Below the pieces are notes generated by a model, which searched no databases, was not told where the DNA came from, and saw nothing but the letters and a program-made list of their open reading frames with translations. A stretch of DNA of 64,000 bases from Lingula anatina (lineage: Eukaryota > Animalia > Brachiopoda), in contig CM120645.1 in assembly GCA_051362555.1 (NCBI GenBank), forward strand, positions 6,076,001 to 6,140,000, written 5' to 3'. Numbering within the stretch: the first letter of the stretch is position 1; every line of letters begins with the position of its first letter. The position numbers were made by a program, and so were the translations under genes. Of this stretch, positions 43,320 through 54,996 are shown piece by piece.

Positions 43320-46220
43320 TATATGTATACTGACAGTCAATGAAAACGCATCAGAAAACTTTCTTGTACTTTTGTACTCTTGTACTTTTACCGAGAATCG
43401 ATTCCAACCATATAAACGAGTACAAATGCACTTGTTTGGTCATAAGAGAGTGGGCTGACCACTCGGATGTTTAAAATTTCCGCTTCATTAATTTTGTTTT
43501 TGATTTGTGTGATCTGCTGTTACAAAATTATGTGTTTTTCCTTATTGGTGTGAATTTATCAGGTTCAATATATGGAGATTAATTAAGCAGACCGTTTACA
43601 ACTGTTCGGTCACTCTCTCACACATACACACGCGCGCGCGCGAGCGCGTACGAAGTCTAGGTCACCTTTGACTGTTATAGCTATCTCTATCAATAACAGG
43701 GTACCGTGAATTGTCAACATAGTTGATTCACACATCATCTTTACAGCGGGACTTATTCATCCTTGTGTTAGCTGACCTTGCGAGGGAGTTAATTGGAATA
43801 TATTTCTGAAAAACAAGTTAGGAAAATTCACTAGTTTACTAAAGACACAAAACAACTATCATTTTTACTTTAAAACATTTTTTTTCATATTTTGATAAAA
43901 TGCGTTAAGGTGTTGATGTTCATTTATTTTTTCCGAAAGTAATGAACAATAGAACATAAGGATGATGGTGGGATATTCATTATAATGGTTTATTTAAGCT
44001 TTCATCACATGCTGGTTACTTTGGTAACGATAGTCCGAATATTTTTCAAATCGCACCGCTCTAGTCGCCGACTAACCCAAGCCCATTTTGGGATTAACCG
44101 CTAACTGTAGTTCATACAGCATAACGTGTTTTGGTGATTAATAAAAAAAAAAGTTTTCAAAACATTAAATATGTTTTTCCAGAATGTTATAAAACGCTTT
44201 AAAACTGCAAGGGCATCAGAAGCTCCATATGTTTAGCAGCCTCACGCGCTTAGCAGGGGAAGTGCTTAGCCAATGTGCTTAGCTTGTGATAGACTTGTTA
44301 TAGAATCATATGCTGATGAAGCTAAACACATAGCTAAACGTGTAACAACGCCAACGTGTCTAGCTTTTTCTTCTGTGAAACGTTTGAAAAGCTATACGCG
44401 TTTAGCATTTACACAGATTTCTAAATGCGAATAGGTGCCTAACGTGTGTTGTATGTATTTAAATGCTAAACACTGTTTTTACAGTGTATATGTACGTACT
44501 GGCGTATTGAAGAGCAAAATGTCTGAACCTTTATTATGTTAAATGCGCAAACAAAGCACTAGACGGCGTGTTCCTTTTTTAAACAAAGAAATGAAAATAG
44601 GTTGAAATATTTGTATCACCAGCATCACTGGTTGATTTATTTTAAGGTACCATTACTTTAACTTTCCCTTTCCATTACTTGTATTTTATCTATATCCTTT
44701 CAGAGGCAGAGATCCACGTGATGTTATACAACTTGACGTACCAAACCAGACGTTTTAGCGTTCCGTTCCGGAGCATTTTCCTTGTCAGCATCCTCTACAT
44801 TGCAAGCCTGGTCCTTCACGGCATGTACTTCATTAACACCCACAGTGATCACAATGGGTATTAATTCAAACCGGTAGACATACCGACTAATGAACAAAAT
44901 TCTATATGCAAACCTTTTGCATTTCTGTAAGAACCCTGGCGTATCATTAGAAAACTCTTATTTAATATTCTTAGTTAAAACAATTCAACACGCTATTTTG
45001 AAATTTGAAGAATTATTTACTATCATTCATACTGTTTGATAGAAGCATTAATTACAAATTAAATTAGATTTATTCGAATTATATCATTTAGGGAAGTAGA
45101 GGATACGCGTAATATTTTATTGTGGAGAGATTTTTGTGTTTGCGCCTTTGAAACATTAGATTTTGAACAAAAGTCCTAGATAAAAAGACAGCATTCACAT
45201 AGGCCATAAAGTATTGCAGTGCCGTCCAATATTTCGCTAAGATCACCAGAAGGAGAGCTGGACTTTATTGTGCCAGAGGTAAACCATTTAAATGTATTCA
45301 AAGATATGAAAAATTGACAGAGAAACGATTTTTTATTAACCACTAAACTGGTTAAGTAAGAAGATAATTAAAATGTTGCAAAATGTTGCAAAATGTTACA
45401 AGATATATGATTGGGCTATTTGTAAGTGACCCTGATCAAATGAATTGGAAAAGGATATAGAAATTCCTAATACTGATTGTGAAGAAGGAAATATATAGAT
45501 ATATTGTAATTTAATACCAATGTATGTTAATGCGTAAGAAATGTGGAACGTATACTATTGTTTGAAGTACATTGATGAACTATTTATTTGAATAAAATGA
45601 CACGTGTATTCAACTCCAAGGTTAGGACACAGACGGAAAATTTTCACTGGATGTTAATCGTGATAAACATTACCTTAATATATACTGCTTTCATTACCTT
45701 AATATATACTGCTTTCAAAAATAACCCCGGCTTTTCAGACAAGATTTTGCTTTTATTTTTTTATTTTTTTATTTTTTTTATCTCACAACCTGCTATACTA
45801 GGGCCCTACCACCCAAACGTGAGAGGTACATGTATATATTTACCCACAAAAAAAGAATCTTAATCGAAATAGCACAATATCATTGATGTTTTTTATAATG
45901 AAATGTATAATTAATGATGGCTTTAATAAATATTAATAAAGGAAAGCACTATAATTTTGTTATTCTTTCTTGTTTTTTTCCTAATAATTGGTTATAATAT
46001 CGGAAAAGAATACATTTTAGTAATAAGTAGTATTTGATACATTTCGTTTACACCATATAATTCTGTTTCAACAACAATTAGAAACAAAAAATATTAAAAC
46101 ATCCCACAAACAGTATCAAATGTTCTTGAACAGAAACATTTAAGCTAATTTGTCAATAAATGGATATATTACATACCAGTCAATTCATCGCCTGCTTACA
46201 GTATAATATTATTAGAAGTA

Positions 46221-47103
46221 CACACACTGGACAATAGATGTGTCACCCCTACTGAGCCAATACTATGGGGGAAATAAATGACTGTGGAATGATATGCTCC
46301 TGGTATCATTTTATTAACATCAAATTTCACAAAAAATCACAAAATGAGAATAAAATATACATTGTACCAAAATATGCAGTTCAAGTCCAAAATTAGTACT
46401 TACTGGCATAACCACGTGACCTAATAATAGGTGCCAGTCTACGAAGCAAGGATTCATATAATTGTCTGATGCGTTCGGGGCTTATGCTGGCTCAAGCATA
46501 AAACACTGAATATAACAGAGTTTCTCTGCTGGTTAGACGGGCATTTGTAAAAAGTTTTGACATTTCATTCCACAGATTTTCTATTATGTTTGCATAACGA
46601 TATAAGAGGTTTCAGTCTTGCTACCCTGCTGTACACTCTATAAGCATATTCCAATGTGTTGTCAACTGACAAGCAGTGTCGAACTTTGACAACCTGGACA
46701 TCAAAATCAGCCGTCGGTCTTCACGGCCAGTAGTTTTTCTTGGACGACCCATCAGAGGCAAACTGTCTCTTGATCTAGTGTTTTTATACGAGACCAGACC
46801 CCCTGCACGGTTCTGACTGAACAATTCAATTGTATCGATATTCTGACATTGCTTATATTCTGCCTCTTCAGGTTAATAACTTGCACCTATAACCGTTAGT
46901 TAATTGCCTGTATCTTGCTATATTGGAGGAAGACAGGAATAACATTTGCTGTACATGTACAAGACCAACAATATAATTCCATGGTATAGCGGTTTTATAC
47001 TCATTAGTCACATTATAAGCAGACCATGCATTATAAGTACCCAAGATCTGCCTACTTTTCTTACTCTGAGTTAGGGGGTGACACTTCTATTGTCCAGTGT
47101 GTG
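46221..47103 (-). mobile_element. Internally deleted Tc1-like element
   Basis: TIRs cacacactggacaatagatgtgtcacccc / ggggtgacacttctattgtccagtgtgtg. Minus-strand GRPRKTTGREDRRLI is a Tc1 DNA-binding linker motif. Absent from the homologous region downstream of copy D. Confidence 0.8.
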
Positions 47104-47888
47104 TTTAACTACATGTACATATTTTCAGTATTAGTTCATTTCTCAAGCTATTCTCAAAAAAACTTGGAATCACAGAACTGATAAAACTTTTTAAATTGTA
47201 CATGAATGTAGTTGTTGTTAATTTAACAGAGCTCTATGATCTCATCCAAAGCAATGACGATTTTTGTCACATCTACAGCAATGAATAGAGTGTCACCTCT
47301 GCGGATGATAACTATTGCTTTGGCCGCAACGCCTTATATATTATGTCATCCGATCCAATTTTGGTTACACTGCTGATACGTTTTTCTCACTTATTTGAGT
47401 TTGAATCCAAGCAACATTACTTTATCATCCTGTGACTTCTTTTAAGCAGTACACATATAAAATATAGCAAAAATACTGTATATCGAATATATAGGCCTAT
47501 GTGTATATCGAACATGCATTGTGTGCTTACCCATTGATCACGCCTATTGTTCAGGCAGTGTAAAACAAATGAAACGAAAATTTTTGTTCGTCAACGGAAT
47601 CGACTTTTTCTACGTAGTCCTGACCCTAAATATTATATATCAATATGTTTTGTTTACCTTAACGATTGTTTTACATGTAGGCAAAGCACAGGCAAAAACG
47701 AAAGTAAGTCAGTTTGCATTGTTATTTTTCATTTGGTAAATTCCTTGCTCCAGTTCTCTATTCACTCAGGACTGACACAAGCAGGAGAACGGGCAAAAGT
47801 TAGCTAAAAGTTACTGCTGCAAGTAGTTTAGTGAGTAACAGGGAACTAAACAGACAGTGGTTTTCCGGATTAAACTGCCACACGCAAC

Positions 47889-50779
47889 ATGGCGTACCCA
47901 GCAGGCGATGCAATAATTCAAACAGAACCTACAAGTACACCAAGAAGATCAGGGCATGTATCGTTGGCATGCGGGTATGTATTCTGAAACTCAACCCTGT
48001 TTAGATCTACAATATTTCAAATCTCGCTTTCATGAGAATTAGTTCACTCCAAAACAAAATACAACTCCTTGTGTTTTATTCTTTTTGATTTAGATTTGAT
48101 GTTGCATTGTTTTAACACTTCTTTGCTTTATCTACTGAATCTGCCCCACTGGGGGTGTCATACATGTAATAACGACACAGTTGTAAGCATACTACAGACA
48201 GTTTGTACACTACGGGGTGTTGTGGTATAAAGACTACCTGTATGTACTGGTATGAAAGGGCCGGTGTGCTTATGTTTTAACTTATGTTTGAACTTGTAAC
48301 TTAACGATCATTATTGTCGAACAATACTATATAATTGTCTTTCATGTAGTCATTGGTAACATTGATACTACTGGATGTTACATCACAGATCTAGAGTAGG
48401 AATAAGTCACTGACAGCTCTTAATGGATATTGTAACCCTTTATTATCATCCAGATACCAGAAATAAATATTTTCCTTCACCTAATTATTCATTAATGCAT
48501 CTATCTTTGTGTTGATTTTTTTGAGGTGATATAGCATACCTGAACAAGGATTTTTCACGAAAATTGGCAAAGTTGACCAGGAGAGTAAAGGCTACAAGCC
48601 ACTGCCGTCATTTTGGTCTAAATGTTTTTGTTATGGAATTATGAGCCCCTTATTACAGATTTTCTTAAACAAAGGCATTATTTTGCTTTATCAACCATAA
48701 AATCTGAACTAAGACTTTTGAAGAAATCACTGACAAGGTTTGGGGTACTAAATGGTGTCATTAAATCGGCGTTAAAACGACGATCGTGGGTGCTCAGGAA
48801 AAAGAGAAATTTTAGAAACCGACTCTTCAGTTTTTACCCAAAAATAACAATTATGACGTCACCCGTAAGATGAAATTTGTGTAAATATTAATTAATTTAG
48901 TCACTGAACACTGAAGATTTATTGTATACCCAAAGAATGTATGTAAGGCAGTAAATAAGAATCTTTGTGCGAAGAAAGACAATATCCTTTTAAACTATTT
49001 GTCTTGGGCAGGCCTAGATGAAAACTAAACGACCACCAGAAGGATAACAATAATACAAGGATCAATAAATATTTTTTTCAGCATGACGCCATCATGGCGC
49101 AATCTTCTTTAACAAATCAATAGCAAACAACACTTGAGAAGGGTTGAAGTAAACTTTTCTATCAATAGGATTTCGATTTTTTGAGACAGTAATCAATAGT
49201 CCCAGCCCTCACCGAAATAATTGCATGATAATGTGTTGAGGGTAAAAGATCGTTTGAACCATGTCATGTCCTTTTGAATTCTAAACAAGTTACTCTGTTA
49301 TATGGCGAAGACATACCCGTTCAATTCCATGCATGCTGTTAAGGGCGAGTCAATGTCAAAGGGAGTTGAGCTCCCAAGACGGAGGTATGGAGGTGAATTA
49401 AAATTCAGACATTTTATCTCTTTTACACCCACTTAAAATAATTTGTGGACGGAGTAACTACATACCTTGGGTTTCTCCGTCCCAAACGTGTCCATGAAAT
49501 ACTGAACAGGTGTTGTACTTACTTCAATCTCGATTTGGTGAGACTTTTGATGATTGCTTTTCTTCAGTTTCCTCAAAATAAACAACAAAAAGACTACCAT
49601 CAGTAGGAATCCAAACCAAAGAACAAATACTATACCAGGTAGTTTAATGTTAGAACGCGGGATTAAACTCATAATAAGATACTGGTTGGAAAATGTATTT
49701 TCATTTATGTTTGAAAATATGTAAATCGCAGTTATGATATGCAGATGGAACATCCCAACATTTTTAGCGACAATATATTTGAAGTATGTCAAATCTGAAC
49801 CATAAAAGTAAGAACCGTTATTTGGTCCAAAGGGTAAACCAAAAATTGATTATTTGTCTGTTTTTAATTTTTCAGACCATACAATCAACACAACTACGCT
49901 GTTATGACCGCCAGACACCTTAAGGCCTTCAATAAGGATGAATCTGAGCCCAATTTTATCAGGATCCTGCCCTGGGGAGGAAAGACCTGTGGCGAAAGTT
50001 GTATGGACGCGTGCCTTGGCGCAATGACTTGGTACGCTGCGGTTGCTATTCTTTTTGCTCTGACAGCGGTAAGTGATAAGCTCCTATATTTTTTTATAAA
50101 AACAAAATATGTTTTAGAATAATGAATGTCGTATTTGACTATAAAAAAGCTAAATTTATTTGATTAAAAACAAAATGAAAGGTCAAGCCCCCAACCTCGA
50201 ACGGAGGTCTTAGGGTGTTCGCAGATGTATCCAGATTCCTACTCTACACTTGTGATGGTTTTAAAATACTTGAGAGCAGATGACACAAGATATTTAGTTT
50301 GCTTGAGCCAGTTCCATTCATGTATGGGGTGATTTTTGTTCCATTGGTGTCAGCTGTTTGTTCTAGGTGAAAACGTAAACCCCGTAGTTTAAAGGGGTAT
50401 CTTACAAAATCATTTAATACCATTTGCAAATGCAATATTCCTGGACAACTTTTACTTGCAGCATGACAATATTATCGTTCATGCTGCCCGCTGGGAAAGG
50501 GATTTTATGAACTAAAACAACATTTTCCACATCAGCCCTTTTACTTTATTTCATTTCCATTTTCTACTTTCAGTTTGGGTCGTTGGGGAACGGAGGGGCC
50601 CTCTCCTATTTCTGCATGGTTTGTCTTTGTCTGTTCCTGATCTGGCACATAGCAACAATGGTCATCATCCAGTTCAATGCATGCCGATTTGAGTCAAGCA
50701 GAGCCTGGTATCTGATAAAAGTAGGTCTCTTTTCTCTTGAGTAAAACAATAATTAATGTCCGTCCACGTTACGTCACCG

Positions 50780-50824
<45 letters not shown>

Positions 50825-51013
50825 ATGAGATGGTAAGAATGAATAACTTTGGCTTAGTATTCCTTACCAACGTATGCCCTATAATTACACGATTCATTTG
50901 ATAATTCAAACCAATTACAGGTATGTGCCTAGAAATTGTAGAAGAATCAAAAAGAAAGTGGGCAGATATGTTTTTTTTTTTTTTGTTTGTTTGTTTTTTT
51001 TTTTTTTTTGTTT

Positions 51014-51045
<32 letters not shown>

Positions 51046-53038
51046 GCAATACCAATATTGTTAACAATATTGATATTAAGAAAGATAAGACAACAAAGTT
51101 TTTAAAGTAAGTACATTTTCAGTATGTTTCGTTTCTTCACAAAGCGTTATGACCCCCTCTATATTTAAGGTTCTGACAACTCCTTCAGGCTCATTCCTAT
51201 TTTAATTTAAATAACAGCAGACATAGAGAAAATTATGAGACCACTAGCTGAAAACGTCATGGAAGTAATTTGTGACTTTTCAATGATTGTGGGTCACTAA
51301 AGCCCACTTAACGCTGGACAGCTTCCTTATTGCGTCCCGTAGTACTCACTGCATCCCATAGTACTGTCCCGTTAGAGAGTAAAAAAATACTTTATGTGTG
51401 CATAATTTAAGAGGAGTCTCTGAGGTTAGTTTGCTGTCAGCAATTTCGTGATTTCTTTTAAAAATTACAACAGAAATAGTTGTTAGTTGAAAATGTCATT
51501 TTAAGTTTCAGCAAAGATGGACGGGAAAAAAGGGCCACAAATGGCAGTGATATTTAAAAGAAGATTCACGTTCTAAAGTCGGCAAAGACTGAGAGGGATC
51601 TGCGCAACCCCTACCGTTTAGGACGGGGACGTAGGTTTCCTCATTGCTCTGACAGCCCAATCATAGAGTAGTCTGTCTTGACCTTAGTACTGCCACATGT
51701 GCCCTGCGTAGTACATTTACCTAACTATTGCTTTAAAGCAATATCTCACATGTATAATATATATTAATAAACAAATAATAATCCTTAAGCTAATCCTTAA
51801 TGACTAATAAATGCGCTGACAGAGTCATAGAAAACTACCATAAATACACTCATGTTACACTTGACCAATGCATAAATCTGCGTCATTAGTCAGGAAAAAA
51901 GAAAAATATTAGGGGGACATGGTTAAGTTTGAATAACTTAATTTTCCAAAAGTCACCTCGAAAATTTCTTTCTTGAACAATGAAGCTGTGAAGTTTCTGG
52001 AGATGTGAGAGAGCCATTACTTTCCCATAAATATTTGGCAAGAGCAACCATATGTTCATTCTTCTTACCAGTCATTAGTGTTATAAATTTATCCATTCTG
52101 GTAAGATGCTCAAAGTTATTATATTGTTTTTTTTTGTACACACTGAATAAAGATCATATCGGAGATCTGTATAAAGAGTGCATTATAAGAGCTAAGCTCC
52201 CTGGGAAGCTTGTCTAACATTGATAATCTCATCCCACATAAATCGTTCTTTTGTGCCCAATAAATTATATTTATATGCCGACAACTGACCGATCATTGAG
52301 CATTCATTCTGCAACCAAGGCGATGCTTGTACCTCCTTTCTACGACCACAGCGATGCCAGAACTCGGAATAGACGCCGTCCAGTGTTTAGGGGTTTAAGT
52401 AGTGGTGTTTCACGACATCAGCAATGACCAACCTATTTTTTCCTTAATCACTGAAACGGTTTAAGTAATAAGGTGTTTTAAGTGGTATGAGAATGGGGTT
52501 TACCGTGACCCTGTACGCCGAATATGGAGGGATTGAGTGAGGAACCTAAATATTGGGGACTGATAAATCTATCATCATGGGTCTTTTTACAGTTAAGTGC
52601 GAATGACGTTTGGGTCATCTCCGGGATGGATGATTCCGTTTTTCCAGTTGTAATTCCTGCTATTTGTTTGTAGACCTTAGTGTGAGTCACTGTGACTAAT
52701 GTACCCTTGCCCAGCCCTGATTACATGTCTGTCAACCCACAAATGTTAAAATTTACTCACTGTAATGAGTAAATACTGATGATATAGATATATATATACT
52801 GATGATATATGATATATATATATATATATATTTATTTATTTATTTATTTATTTATATAGGAAAAAACTTATGATGATGAAAAAATCGACAAACTCAACGA
52901 GTTCCATGTAATCCCAAAAAGCCAAGCGAGCAACATTACATTCACAAACGTAAACCAAGAACAAATAAATGTGCTGCGATCTAAATGTCGTCAGAGCAAC
53001 GGTAAGCATCTTTTCTCCTCCCCCGTCCTCCGAATAGG

Positions 53039-53073
<35 letters not shown>

Positions 53074-53327
53074 AAACGTACTAAACAAACTGACAGTATG
53101 GCACCACGTGTTCACTCATATTGATATCATACACCTTTAGTGTACAGACACAGCCTGCCTTTTTCTCATATGTGCACTTTCAATGGGCCTGAATGTAATT
53201 GTAAAATTTAAACTAACGGTACATATGAAGCAGTATATAGAATTGCCCTAGGATGACATTTTTTGTTAGGGGAATAAAAAATAAAGGCACAGCCATGAGA
53301 ATTGGCTAAAACGACTCAACTCCCGAT

Positions 53328-53361
<34 letters not shown>

Positions 53362-53617
53362 TTTTTTTTGTTTTTTTGTTGTTTTTTTTTTTTTTTTTTT
53401 TGCTCACGAAGGGGTCATTATATTTACTTGTCCTTATTATACACCTGTATTACATTTACACTGTCTTCTTTCAGTGCCAGAGATACAAGTGATGATATAC
53501 AACAAGTGGTACCTGAGAGTACTCTTTGAGAACCCGTTCCGAAGCATTCTGTTTCTCAGCATCCTCCATATTGTGAGCATCATCCTTCACGGCGCGATCT
53601 TCATCCACACAGTTTAA
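47889..53617 (+). CDS. 3-TM membrane protein family, copy C (intact, 236 aa), uncharacterised
   Basis: Exons 47889-47974, 49876-50068, 50574-50720, 52860-53001 and 53475-53617 (phases 2, 0, 0, 1; 711 nt, open). MAYPAGDAII..GPYNQHNYAV..ILPWGG..MTWY..WHIATMVII..AWYLIK..VNQEQIN..PFRSILF..LHGAIFIHTV*. Confidence 0.85.
48539..48810 (-). repeat. Second copy of the ~275-bp dispersed repeat (intron 1 of copy C)
   Basis: Inverted match to 4641-4913. Confidence 0.8.
50782..50820. repeat. (TG)n microsatellite
   Basis: Directly visible. Confidence 0.95.
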
Positions 53618-54119
53618 ACAAATTGCTGTAAATCTAATAGTTTTGACTGCATCTTTTGTATTTTAGTAACAATTCTGGAGTATCCGGGATATCAGGATCA
53701 TGGTACCTCTACCACGGTCACAGATTGATTTTTCACTTGATATTAATAGATATGTCTTTAGATAAATAGACGATAATTTTGTTCTCTGTTCTCTCGCGAT
53801 AAAGAAGAGCACACATATTTTCCGTGGGCCTACATGGTAATGTGTAGGATCAGGGTGGGGTGTGGGATATATTTGACTGTCACGTCGCTTAAAATGTCCG
53901 GTATGGTGAATTTTTTCTTTAGGGGGAGGGAAAGGGAGCATGGATGGAAAATCAACATGTACCGTATTATTTGCCCCCCTACGCCACCCCTCAAACACAC
54001 CAAATAATCTAAAGTAAATTAGCACTACCTCTGATTTGATGTTGTCTGCGGTGTGTTGTTTGCCTAACACATATCTTTATTTGGCCATTTGAACACTAAA
54101 AAATTTTACTATTTGAGTT

Positions 54120-54159
<40 letters not shown>

Positions 54160-54334
54160 GAATCTTCTCAACAGGCACATGAATGTGATTGGTGTTTTAA
54201 AAAGAGAGGGAAATGATTACACTCAACACAATGACCAGTTTATCACATCTATTGCAATAAATAAAGGGTCAACTCTATCAAAATGGTAGGTGTATATACC
54301 ATCTTTTCCGCCGCTGCCAAAATTATTTTAAGAC

Positions 54335-54492
54335 CAGGGCTCCGTAACTCGAAAGCATCGCCAATTGCGACCGAGTGCAAGCGTCTCTATCCCATAACTT
54401 GGGTTTTACTCGCCCCACCCCATATAATAGCCTCGAAATAAAGGTGAAATCGCTATTTGCAATTCGCGATGCTTTCGAGTTACGGAGCCCTG
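54335..54492. mobile_element. MITE (158 bp) with perfect 27-bp inverted ends
   Basis: cagggctccgtaactcgaaagcatcgc ... gcgatgctttcgagttacggagccctg. Confidence 0.85.
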
Positions 54493-54750
54493 AGTGGAGA
54501 TGAAAAAGGAATTCTGCCTGCCATCAAGATCATCAATTGTTGTTTTAATAAGGACATGTTTTGTCATTAAACAGTGTGTATATTGCCAATAACCGAAAAA
54601 CCGAAATGACTGAGGGATTAAAAGTTCTTGGCAATCATTTTATTACAAATAATAATGGCATTTAACTGTTTAAATGAGTAGAAAGATAAGGTTTTTCGGG
54701 AGTCCACCTGTTCTGAAAGCAAACTATAGAGATGATTACCAAAACTGTTC

Positions 54751-54996
54751 ATTACCTCCACCAAGGAGGTTATGTTTTCATCCCTGTTTTTCTATTTGTT
54801 TGTTTGTTTGTTTGTTTGTTTGTCATCAACATAACTCAAAAAGTTATGGACCGATTTTGATGAAATTTACAGGAACTGTCGTAAGTGGGCTAAGGAAGAG
54901 GTGATTAGTTTTTGGTGGTGATCTGGATCAATAATCAATAATAATCAAAAATCGCTGCCCTGGCGGAGGTCTGCGCTCTCGGAGTGCTTTTTTAGT
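54751..54996 (+). mobile_element. Helentron-associated interspersed element (HINE/DINE-1-like)
   Basis: 5' subterminal repeat acctccacca(aggaggt), internal (TTTG)n tract, 3' inverted tggcggaggt, then a short hairpin gcgctctcggagtgc and a T-rich end. This is the HINE layout. Confidence 0.75.

Larger units (their letters stand above)
39352..44864 (+). pseudogene. 3-TM membrane protein family, copy B (exon 4 missing; pseudogene or shortened ~198-aa isoform)
   Basis: Exons 39352-39452, 39987-40176, 41326-41472 and 44704-44864 are each open. No exon-4 homolog was found between 41473 and 44703, which holds a Tc1 element plus unrelated DNA. Splicing at the first AG frameshifts (RQRST*); splicing at a second AG (44704-44705) is in frame. 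Confidence 0.7.

Noticed and set aside
45668-45715. 24-bp tandem duplication (a similar ~20-bp one lies near 4007-4049)
   Set aside because: Ordinary slippage duplications in non-coding DNA with no further structure.
50923-53529. Poly-Phe ORFs (50923-51105, 53302-53529)
   Set aside because: Intronic poly-T tracts; the second overlaps exon 5 of copy C in the wrong frame.
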